64,000 bases of DNA from Candidatus Omnitrophota bacterium (GCA_043820815.1 JBDRDJ010000005.1:1313-65312); one strand, 5' to 3'; counted from the first letter of the stretch, positions 1 through 8,078 are shown. The notes: generated by a model from the sequence alone, not told the origin. Numbers and translations are program-made.

Positions 1-710
1 TTTTCATTGATGGGAGCAAGCTTATGCCAATTAATCACATCTATTTTTGCAAACAATAACTCCTGCCACATCGTTGAATTAATCAACATAAAACTCTGAT
101 AGAAATTATCTGGATTATCAACCTTTAGAACCTGCAATCTATCACGTACAGTTAACCCGGGGGCGATAACCAGAATGTTCTTGGAAAACCTTTGATCTTT
201 TGGATTAGCAATCTTATTCAGAGCCTGCCATGCGATAAGCATGGCCATAACAACGGTTTTGCCTGCTCCAGTTGCGAGCTTCAGACATTGCCGTTCCCAC
301 AGACTCCCGTCATTAGCAATTTCAATTCCTTGCTGCTCAGAAGGACTGGCTTCTGCCAACCAAATAACAGTTTCAACTGCTTCCAACTGACACCAGAATA
401 ATAGCGGCTTGCCCTGGGTATTATCATTCCAAAATCGGAGCAGTTTTTGTGTGACACCGGTAACATTAGGATATCCAGTTTCTTTCCACTGTTTAACCCG
501 CGGCCTAATTTTATTAACCAGCTCAATCGAAACAAATTCGCCCGGATCATCAAAATTCTGCGCTGTCTTCGCGGTTGACCGCCAATAGCCGGACTGTCTG
601 CGCCCATCCTGAAGAACAAATTCCTGTGTCTCACGGATGTATAACCAGTGTTGTTTCGGCTCCTCATAGGGGCTGTTTATTATCAATCGATCAATGCCTT
701 TTTGGCTCAT
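1..710 (-). CDS. res: Type III-like restriction enzyme Res subunit (SF2 helicase/endonuclease), N-terminal 236 codons; continues beyond the left edge
   Basis: Hand translation of the minus strand from ATG at 708-710 gives MSQKGIDRLIINSPYEEPKQHWLY...ERQCLKLATGAGKTVVMAMLIAWQ (helicase motif I, GxGKT). The frame stays open to nt 3. It is absent from the ORF track because its stop is off-window. Track ORFs 281..667(-) and 192..401(+) are other frames of this gene. Confidence 0.75.
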   Translation of the reverse strand, partial: MSQKGIDRLIINSPYEEPKQHWLYIRETQEFVLQDGRRQSGYWRSTAKTAQNFDDPGEFVSIELVNKIRPRVKQWKETGYPNVTGVTQKLLRFWNDNTQGKPLLFWCQLEAVETVIWLAEASPSEQQGIEIANDGSLWERQCLKLATGAGKTVVMAMLIAWQALNKIANPKDQRFSKNILVIAPGLTVRDRLQVLKVDNPDNFYQSFMLINSTMWQELLFAKIDVINWHKLAPINE

Positions 711-798
711 AGTTTAACCTTTTTCGTATAGAATTGTCGCAACTCGTTTATTATCAAGCACTTAAGTTTTATACGATTTCCCTGATTCGTATAAAATA

Positions 799-2244
799 TC
801 ATCCCTCATTCTTAATTTCAGTCGCTTCAACTAATTTGTATTTTGTTCCTTTTTTGAAGCCTGACGAAGGCTTAATCTGTATTAATAATCCCTGTTCAAC
901 CCACCGTCTTAGCATATAAGACATCTTATCCCTTTGAACAATAGACGTGATTTCCCGGGCCTTCTCATTAGTGATATATTTGTATTCTCTTAAATAGGCG
1001 CTTATCTTTTCCCATTCTGACGCCCTATGTTCATTAAGTAATGCCACCCTTATGGAATCCGCGTAAGTCAAAAATATCGGAGGGTATAAGTTTTCTGACG
1101 CCATCTCTTCACGCATTGCCCTTACACCTTCGTTTTGATCCAAATTCGGGGGAGAGGGAAATTCCCGCAGATGTTTTACGATGAGATCATTTCTATATCC
1201 TTCAGATCTTACCCAGCCGATATTTGAACGTGTAATGTTATAGGGAAACAGCCCCGGGCTCTCTACCTCTAAACGGTCCTCGAATATTTTGACGGTAATA
1301 TCTCTCTTGATGTAATAGTCACGATGGATCACCGCGTTAGTAATCGCTTCCTTGACAGCGCGTTCCGGTATTTGATAGACAGTTTTAAACCCTGAGGGTA
1401 TCTTTATTCCGGTACGGAGCAGGGTAAGCACATATTCGTGAGTATCTTTAATTTGCTTAACAAGAGGTCCCTGTATTGTTTTAGGGACTCCAATTAAATT
1501 CGGCGTTTCTCCAATCGTCTCTATTGTGCCGGTATGTTGAAATATCCGGATGGCGCATTTGGCATCAGTAAGGTCATTGGGATATTCCGCGAATAAAAGG
1601 ACAGCCGCTAAGGTAGGAGATAATTTGCCGGATTCCGACCTTCTTGCCAAGCCGGTTTTCTCAAGAACTGCTTCTATCGGAGAGCCATTGATATTGCGAG
1701 ACTGCTTCCACTCTTCATAATAAGGAGTTTTTAACAGCGAGAACTCCACATCCGTCAAACCTCTGTCCGCTTTTTCAAACCCTTTCGCGTAGGCAAATTT
1801 GACTACTTCGTGCGCGGTAAGCAAACGATTGCCTTTCTCACCGCGGACATGAACGTGATTATTTATTGAACGAAAGCTGTCAACTACCTTGGGGATAAAA
1901 ACTAAAGCGCATCGTTTTCCGTCAGCATCAAAGGTCTTTGGCGGCCAGATTTCTGACAGGGGCGGCACAATACGCTGAATTTCACGGCCTATCGCGTCGA
2001 AATTTTCGCTGTTTTCTTCAATGCCAAAAACCCGAGCCAATCCCTTTAATTTCGTTTTCTCAGGGTCATCAATTCCTAAGACAATAGCGCCGCCATCCGT
2101 GTTTGCCATTGCCACAATCGTTTCAATTGTTTTAGCGACAACTTTATCTCCGGCTAAACGTTTAAACTCAAAAGTCTGACTCTCTGAGGGAATAGCCAGA
2201 ATATCACTCAATAAATCGCTATGTGTGTTTTTCTCTTCTGCCAT
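799..2244 (-). CDS. AlbA_2 (Schlafen-like divergent AAA) + HATPase_c_4 + C-terminal wHTH protein (RecG-like putative DNA-binding ATPase/regulator)
   Basis: The N-terminus has TFEFKR...ETIVAMANTDGGAIVLGIDD, typical of AlbA_2. The middle has VKEAITNAVIHRDY...VESPG, typical of HATPase_c_4. The C-terminus looks like a wHTH (YITNEKAREITS...MLRRWVEQGLL). The stop lies 88 nt upstream of res, and the start lies 4 nt after the mod stop. Confidence 0.7.
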   Translation of the reverse strand: MAEEKNTHSDLLSDILAIPSESQTFEFKRLAGDKVVAKTIETIVAMANTDGGAIVLGIDDPEKTKLKGLARVFGIEENSENFDAIGREIQRIVPPLSEIWPPKTFDADGKRCALVFIPKVVDSFRSINNHVHVRGEKGNRLLTAHEVVKFAYAKGFEKADRGLTDVEFSLLKTPYYEEWKQSRNINGSPIEAVLEKTGLARRSESGKLSPTLAAVLLFAEYPNDLTDAKCAIRIFQHTGTIETIGETPNLIGVPKTIQGPLVKQIKDTHEYVLTLLRTGIKIPSGFKTVYQIPERAVKEAITNAVIHRDYYIKRDITVKIFEDRLEVESPGLFPYNITRSNIGWVRSEGYRNDLIVKHLREFPSPPNLDQNEGVRAMREEMASENLYPPIFLTYADSIRVALLNEHRASEWEKISAYLREYKYITNEKAREITSIVQRDKMSYMLRRWVEQGLLIQIKPSSGFKKGTKYKLVEATEIKNEG

Positions 2245-2247
2245 AGG

Positions 2248-4766
2248 TTACTCCAGCTTTTTTATAACCAACGACTCAATGCCGCGGGTATCTATAATTT
2301 TAACTGCGATTTTTTTATTTTCTCCGGCTGGGAACGGGATAGAACCAACACCTGAAAATTTATCCAGCAAATCCTGATTAACCTCACTTTTTAAGGATTT
2401 GGCGAGCTTCGACCAGTCACGTTTGGAATCTCCTTCGGGAAAAAAGACTTGATCCGGATACAAGCTTCGCTCATCGTAATCAGTATCCAAAAACCACATC
2501 GCGATATTCTTTGTGCCCTTGGATTCAATTTCACCGCTGATGGGATTATAGTAATCGAAGCCATGGACTTTAACTTTGTATTTCCCGTCCTTGACCTTGC
2601 TAATCTCAACATCAGGCTGGCCAATAAGCCAATAACTATGGCTGGAAGAGCGCTTCTTACGTAGATCCTTAGTCAATAGATCTACACTCATTTGAGCTTT
2701 AAGAATTATCACGCCGGGCAATTTAATTTGATCAATATCTTTGGCCGCTTCGGGGTCAAAATGAAAAGCCGCAAATATCACAAAATCCGGCTTCGCTTTA
2801 AGAGCCCGCGCCTCTTTTATAGCCTCTTCAATATGTCTTTGCTCAAGCGGGCCAAAGTCCGGGCCAAAACTGATATATGCGCGCTTGTTCTTGCCATCAG
2901 CGTCAAGGACTTCACCTTCAGCGTGCAAAAATCTTGTAGCCACCATCGGTTCAAGACGCGAAAACCGAATGATTTTGCCGCCAGTCGCGCGAATACCGGT
3001 AGTTTTTAATTCATCGCGCCATTCAGACTGTTTGCCTGTTTCGCCAATTCGTGCCAATTCTTCCTTTGTAGCTTCAACCTTTGGCTCGTTACCCTCAAAA
3101 GGTCTTACGCGTAGGCATGGCACTGCTTCAACAGTAAAAGGGCCGGTTACACGCACTTTACCTTTTTCCACATCTGGCTGATCATAAAGCGCTTCCATTT
3201 TAGCAGGCTCATCCTTGGCAATAGAACCAAGCGTAATATGCGGAACAACTTTATACTTGAATCCACTTTTAACACCTTCTCCGGAGTACGCCAACTCATA
3301 ATAATCAAACTTAGCAGTCATCAATCGTTGTTTAGCAAGGGTAACGGCAACGCGCGAAGTATCGCAAGTAATCCAGCGTCGTCCCCATTGTTCGGCAACA
3401 AAAGCAGTGGTTCCTGAACCGCAAGTTGGATCAAAAATCAAATCGCCCGGATCAGAACACATTAGCATGCATCTCTGAATAACAAGTGGCAGAGTCTGAA
3501 CAACATAAATCCTAGCCATAAAAGAATTTAAGGTATCATTCCACAAGTTTGTTATTTCACTTACAGGATAGTCATCCAGATACAATACGTATGAGATAGA
3601 AGATCCTGTTTTTACAATTCGCCCTTGATCTGCAAGTTTTTTCATCCCCTCATGCGTAGTTTTCCAACTCTTATTGGAACCGGGAATATATTTCTCGCCT
3701 TCATATTCAAACTCATATACGCATGACTCTGTCCTCCCCGCAGAAACTAAATCTAAAGGCCTAAAAATCTTACCGCTTGTTATTCTTTTGCCTTGGTCAT
3801 CATAGTCATTGGACGATAACCGTCTTCTTTCTCCGTCATCAAGCTCTATCCAACTGTATGCGGCATTTTCCTCGATACGATCTAAATACAACTTATACTG
3901 TTTTGCCTTATTTTTATTCTTGAAATACCACACAATATAATCTGTGATCCCAGCTAAATTCTTCGTCCCGAGTGGAATTTTTGTCCGAAAGGTAATAAGC
4001 GAAGCAAAGTTATCGCTACCAAATACTTCCGCCATCAATTCACGAACATGGTGCAAATTTTCATCTCCGATTTGAACAAAACAGCTCCCGCTTTCATGAA
4101 GCATTTCTTTTGCTAAAAGTAATCGATCTCAAGATATGAAAGATAACTATGAACACCAAGTTCCCACGTATCACGAAAAGCTTGTATCATTTCAGGTTCT
4201 GCTGGTATATCTGCATCATTACCGTCTTTTACGTTACGTCTGTTAGTAAATGGTTGAAAATTTGAATTATATCTAATCCCGTATGGCGGGTCGATATAGA
4301 CCATCTGCACTTTACCAGCCATACCTTCTTTTTTAAGCAGGGAATTCATTACCAGAAGCGAATCACCGGCAATAAGTCGATTTGCCCAGTCCTGATCGTG
4401 CTTATAAAAATCAATGGCTTTGGTAAGCGGCGGGTCATTGTCCGGCTGTTCGAATAGATCGAGCTGAAATTGCTTCTGCTCTTTTTTCTTTAGGAAAGCC
4501 TTGGCGATGCGCTTCGGGTCAATACGCTCATGGATGTGCAAGCTGACATTTTGAACATCAAAACTCATTCCTTCGGCTTTTCCGGCCCAACTAAGAAATG
4601 GGTCGATATACGGATCATGCTTGTATTTCGTCCTGCCGTTTAATTTGTCTGTAGCACTTGAAACAAGGCCGACGTGAGGATTATTCTTGCGCTTTTTACC
4701 TTTATGCGTATAAGCGTCAACCTTTATATCTTTACTTTGTTTTTTTCTGCCCCTCGGCATATCCAA
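2248..4766 (-). pseudogene. mod: Type III-like Mod DNA methyltransferase (beta-class order: DPPY motif IV then FxGxG motif I), split by a 1-nt frameshift near 4113-4131
   Basis: The upstream ORF 4113..4766 carries VYIDPPYGIRYNS (motif IV). The downstream ORF 2248..4104 carries IFDPTCGSGTTAFVAEQWGRRWI (motif I). The two frames overlap: the upper frame reads ...HSYLSYLEIDYF*, and the lower frame is open from nt 4128 as DRLLLAKEMLHESGSCFVQIGDEN. That is the expected continuation of a Mod-type enzyme. Confidence 0.8.
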
Positions 4767-4896
4767 ATCCTTTCAATCTTCGTTACCGCTTCCCGGTGGC
4801 CACAATCTCCTATTAATGGCACCGCCAGCAGGTATCTTATTTACAAAAAGGGTATAAAACATTATAATATAAAAGAATAATGATTACCACCCCAAA

Positions 4897-5124
4897 ATGA
4901 TAAAGGCAAAAATGACCGATAAATTGAAAATAAAAAGAATAGATCCAAGATTCAAAGCAATTTTAATCATACCCATACCCAATAATAATCCTGTAATAGT
5001 TTTTAAAGAAACTCTAGGAGGCCCTTTACGAGAAATTCGAATTTATGGTTACGGCGGGGAAGTACTCGGCGAGCTTTCCCAATGGTGTCAGGTCTCAACT
5101 TGCAAACTTGCTATCAACATGTAG
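4897..5124 (+). CDS. Hypothetical small protein (75 aa), possibly not expressed
   Basis: Track ORF only. No clear RBS and no recognisable motif. It ends directly at the palindrome at 5124-5141. Confidence 0.2.
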   Translation: MIKAKMTDKLKIKRIDPRFKAILIIPIPNNNPVIVFKETLGGPLREIRIYGYGGEVLGELSQWCQVSTCKLAINM

Positions 5125-5141
5125 TCAAGTCGAGACTTGAC
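5124..5141. promoter_or_regulatory. Perfect palindrome GTCAAGTC-GA-GACTTGAC; candidate operator upstream of the lexA-methyltransferase promoter
   Basis: Read directly from the sequence. The half-site hexamer GTCAAG/CTTGAC recurs at 5157-5162 (overlapping the -35) and at 5203-5208. ACTTGC occurs twice at about 5097-5110. Confidence 0.35.
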
Positions 5142-5157
5142 CACCTAATCTTTTTTC

Positions 5158-5186
5158 TTGACGCTTAAGCTAATCCGTATTATAAT
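5158..5186 (+). promoter_or_regulatory. Sigma70-type promoter, TTGACG-17 nt-TATAAT, for the lexA-methyltransferase fusion gene
   Basis: -35 TTGACG at 5158-5163, a 17-nt spacer, and a consensus -10 TATAAT at 5181-5186, 45 nt upstream of the ATG at 5232. The RBS AAAGGAAAAA precedes the start. Confidence 0.55.
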
Positions 5187-5231
5187 CGAAAATAAATCGA
5201 AAGTCAAGGTTTATCAACCGAAAGGAAAAAT

Positions 5232-7097
5232 ATGCTAACGAAGCGTCAAAAACAGGTTTTAGATTACATAAAAAAATATATATCTAAAAATGACTATGCC
5301 CCATCACTCGAAGAAATCAAAAAGCACCTTAATCTTACCTCTGTTTCTACGGCGCACTATCACGTTCAAGCCCTCCAAAATATGGGTTACTTACGGAAAG
5401 AAAACAACCAACCAAGAGCATTGGCGCCAAAAAAGAACCTTCAATCTATCGAGATACCCATCATTGGTACAATTGCGGCCGGACAACCAATCGAAGCAAT
5501 CGAGCTACCTGATGAAACAATTACTCTATCAAGAAATGAAGTAAGCAGATCCGGAAATTATTACGCTTTACGAGTCACTGGAAACAGCATGATCGAAGAG
5601 GGCATCTTCGATGGAGATATTGTTGTTATCAAAAAACAAGAAACTGCCAATAACGGTCAAACTGTTGTCGCCATAATCGATGACAATGAAGCCACATTAA
5701 AGAAATTCTACCGAGAGAAAAACTGCTTCAAACTTCAACCGGCAAATCCTACTTTATTCCCTATCTATCGTAGAGAAATTGAAATTAGAGGTGTTGTTGT
5801 AAAAATAATCAGAAATTTAGAATCTTTTATAGAAGTAGAAAAGCTAAATAAACTTAAATTAAAAAGGCGAATAGACTACTCATGGGATTATAAAGGCGAG
5901 AAAACAAAATCTTATACTCATGGCCTTCATAGTTATCCCGCAATGTTTATCCCCCAAGTTGCAAGGCGATTATTAGAAACCTATAGTAGAAAAGGTGATA
6001 CTATTTGTGATATTTTTTGCGGTTCCGGCACTGCTCTAGCAGAAAGCCGATTATCAAACAGAAATGCTTATGGCATTGATTTAAATCCATTGGCAATTTT
6101 CTTAGCAAAAGTAAAAACAACCGAGATAAACCCCTCAACTCTTCTTAAAGAATACTATAATTTGATTAACAAAATAGATCAGATAAAAGTTGATAAATCA
6201 GAACGCCCAGACTTTATGAATATTAACTTTTGGTTTAAAGAAAAGGTGATTCTAAAACTAGCAAAAATAAAAAAAGCAATTAAAGAAATAAAGAACGAAA
6301 AAATTAGAAACTTCTTCCTTGTTTCTTTTAGCGAAACGGTTAGGCTTTCCTCAAATACTAATAACGGTGAATTTAAACTTGTCCGCATAAAAAGTGACAA
6401 GCTGGAAAGACATGACCCTGATGTACTTGGAATATTTAAGAAAAAAACTGAGTTAAACATTGAAGGAATGAGAAACTTCTATGAAAAGGTTGACAAAAAC
6501 ACATGGGTTAAACTTATTTACGGTGATACTTCTAGAATTAATACAATACAGAATAATTCTATTGATTGTGTTATAACATCTCCTCCTTATGGTGACAGCA
6601 GAACGACCGTCGCTTACGGTCAATTCTCAAGACTTTCAGCCCAATGGATTGATATTTTTGAAAATCCCAATAATGCATCTGGGGTAGATAATCAACTATT
6701 AGGCGGCAAACCCAGCAATAATTTGCTTCATTCTCTTGAGTCTACCCATTTAAAAGAATCATTGGAACAAATAACGGAAAGAGATAAAAAAAGAGCAAAA
6801 GATGTATTGAGTTTTTATGTAGGCCTCAATGAATGTTTAAAGAAAAGCTATGATATATTAAAAAGAAAAAAGTACTTTTGCCTAGTTATCGGTAACCGAA
6901 CAGTTAAACAAGTACGCATTCCGACAGATTTTATAATTGCAGAATTGGGCGATAAAATTGGTTTTAGCTGTGAAGATATTTTTGTAAGAAATATACCCGG
7001 AAAAAGAATGCCTGCGAGAAATTCCCCTACTAATATTACAGGAAAACTAGAAGAAACAATGACTAAGGAAAGTATAGTTGTTTTGAGGAAAAGCTAA
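5232..7097 (+). CDS. LexA-like repressor (wHTH + S24 peptidase) fused in frame to an N4-cytosine/N6-adenine-family DNA methyltransferase (motif I FCGSGT, motif IV SPPY)
   Basis: Residues 1-196 read as a complete LexA. They include MLTKRQKQVLDYI...APSLEEI (wHTH), the cleavage-site motif IAAG (Ala83-Gly84, nt 5478-5483), Ser in VTGNSM (S119), Lys in ATLKKF (K157), and the ending GVVVKIIRN. Residues ~215-621 form the MTase: HSYPAMFIPQ, DIFCGSGTALAE (aa 260-271) and VITSPPYGD (aa 447-455, nt 6579-6590). There is no in-frame stop and no alternative start at the junction. Confidence 0.8.
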   Translation: MLTKRQKQVLDYIKKYISKNDYAPSLEEIKKHLNLTSVSTAHYHVQALQNMGYLRKENNQPRALAPKKNLQSIEIPIIGTIAAGQPIEAIELPDETITLSRNEVSRSGNYYALRVTGNSMIEEGIFDGDIVVIKKQETANNGQTVVAIIDDNEATLKKFYREKNCFKLQPANPTLFPIYRREIEIRGVVVKIIRNLESFIEVEKLNKLKLKRRIDYSWDYKGEKTKSYTHGLHSYPAMFIPQVARRLLETYSRKGDTICDIFCGSGTALAESRLSNRNAYGIDLNPLAIFLAKVKTTEINPSTLLKEYYNLINKIDQIKVDKSERPDFMNINFWFKEKVILKLAKIKKAIKEIKNEKIRNFFLVSFSETVRLSSNTNNGEFKLVRIKSDKLERHDPDVLGIFKKKTELNIEGMRNFYEKVDKNTWVKLIYGDTSRINTIQNNSIDCVITSPPYGDSRTTVAYGQFSRLSAQWIDIFENPNNASGVDNQLLGGKPSNNLLHSLESTHLKESLEQITERDKKRAKDVLSFYVGLNECLKKSYDILKRKKYFCLVIGNRTVKQVRIPTDFIIAELGDKIGFSCEDIFVRNIPGKRMPARNSPTNITGKLEETMTKESIVVLRKS

Positions 7098-7795
7098 ATC
7101 AATCTCACTTCGGTTTCAAAACAATGGTATAGCTTGTTTATTTTAACCCTAAAGCCCGTCCCGTGATTTCTCACCGACCCATTAGGCCTATAATACATTC
7201 TAAAATCAACTACTATATGATCTTCTATGACCATCGTTTTAAATAACTCAAAACTGAAACCTTTCAAAAGATAAGCTTCATTGAAATGAAAATGCTCAGC
7301 TGAATTTATAATTTTTCTATCGGCTAAAACATAAACAAGCGCTGGCAACTTCTGCTTAAACTTTCTCTCTACCGAATTCATATTCCAATAGATATTTAGT
7401 TTATGACCCTTACCTTCGACCTTAATTTTATCATCACCAACAGATAGTTTTAAATTTTGATTATTGTACCGTTTACACGAAAGAGTACTGTGCAATTCTT
7501 TTGAACGCTGATTATCCCTTTTAGAATAACCGAAATTATCCAATAACAATCTGTCCCTATCTCCGCCTTTTGGTAGCGGCTCAAGCGTGAAAAGTGTAAG
7601 CATAGATTTTGCGTCCTTCCGATACGCCTTCAACTCCGCTACGCCACTAATATCATGCAAAGGAATATTGTTCTCTGGTATACTTAACAAATCTTCCAAA
7701 GTCTTGCCAATACCAGTATCACCAGATCGATGAGTCTTTATAAAGCCCTGTTTCTCTATCTCAACTAATTTTTGCTTTAATTCTAGTAAATTCAT
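7094..7795 (-). CDS. Type II restriction endonuclease, MvaI/BcnI family
   Basis: Blocks are collinear with my recollection of BcnI: GDTGIGKTLEDLL...ENN, GVAELKAYRKDAKSMLTLFTLEP (compare ...EFELKGMRNRKAKSNLTLFHKKP), FHFNEAYLL, and RNHGTGFRVKINKL. The gene is coupled to the C gene (1-nt gap) and overlaps the MTase stop tail-to-tail. Confidence 0.65.
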   Translation of the reverse strand: MNLLELKQKLVEIEKQGFIKTHRSGDTGIGKTLEDLLSIPENNIPLHDISGVAELKAYRKDAKSMLTLFTLEPLPKGGDRDRLLLDNFGYSKRDNQRSKELHSTLSCKRYNNQNLKLSVGDDKIKVEGKGHKLNIYWNMNSVERKFKQKLPALVYVLADRKIINSAEHFHFNEAYLLKGFSFELFKTMVIEDHIVVDFRMYYRPNGSVRNHGTGFRVKINKLYHCFETEVRLI

Positions 7796-7796
7796 G

Positions 7797-8027
7797 CTAT
7801 TTTATAAAGAAATTTAGAGGTTTCTTATAAATCTGTGCAAACTTTTTAAGCTGAATAACATCTATGCGACGTTGCCCAGATTCAACTTTCGAAACGTAAG
7901 ACTGGGACACCTTCAACAATTCAGCAACTTTCTTTTGATCCAAACCAGAATCATTACGAGCCTTTTTTAACCTATCAACTAAATATTTATGATCTTTAGA
8001 AAAAATTACCTTTTCCATAATTGACAT
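7797..8027 (-). CDS. Controller (C) protein, XRE-family HTH
   Basis: 76 aa with LDQKKVAELLKVSQSYVSKVESGQRRIDVIQLKKFAQ, a Cro/C1-type HTH. It lies immediately upstream of and coupled to the endonuclease gene. GGGAGG RBS at 8031-8036. Confidence 0.75.
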   Translation of the reverse strand: MSIMEKVIFSKDHKYLVDRLKKARNDSGLDQKKVAELLKVSQSYVSKVESGQRRIDVIQLKKFAQIYKKPLNFFIK

Positions 8028-8044
8028 AACCTCCCTTTTATGAT

Positions 8045-8078
8045 ATATTCCATTATGGTATATTCCAAATTGGAATAT
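8045..8078. promoter_or_regulatory. C-box-like double operator: ATATTCCA-tta-TGGtATAT and ATATTCCA-aat-TGGAATAT, centres 15 bp apart
   Basis: Two overlapping 19-bp palindromes sit at 8045-8063 and 8060-8078, 18-51 nt upstream of the C gene start. The geometry (TCCA-N3-TGGA repeated with 15-bp spacing) matches characterised C-boxes such as GACT-N3-AGTC x2 of C.PvuII. Confidence 0.5.

Noticed and set aside
192-667. Track ORFs 192..401(+) and 281..667(-).
   Set aside because: Both are alternative frames of the res gene. The res frame (ATG at 710, open to nt 3) carries the helicase motif I and gives a coherent Res-like sequence.
4105-4135. The mod frameshift as a phase-variation switch.
   Set aside because: There is no homopolymer or short tandem repeat at or near the frameshift site. 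Decay or sequencing error is more parsimonious.
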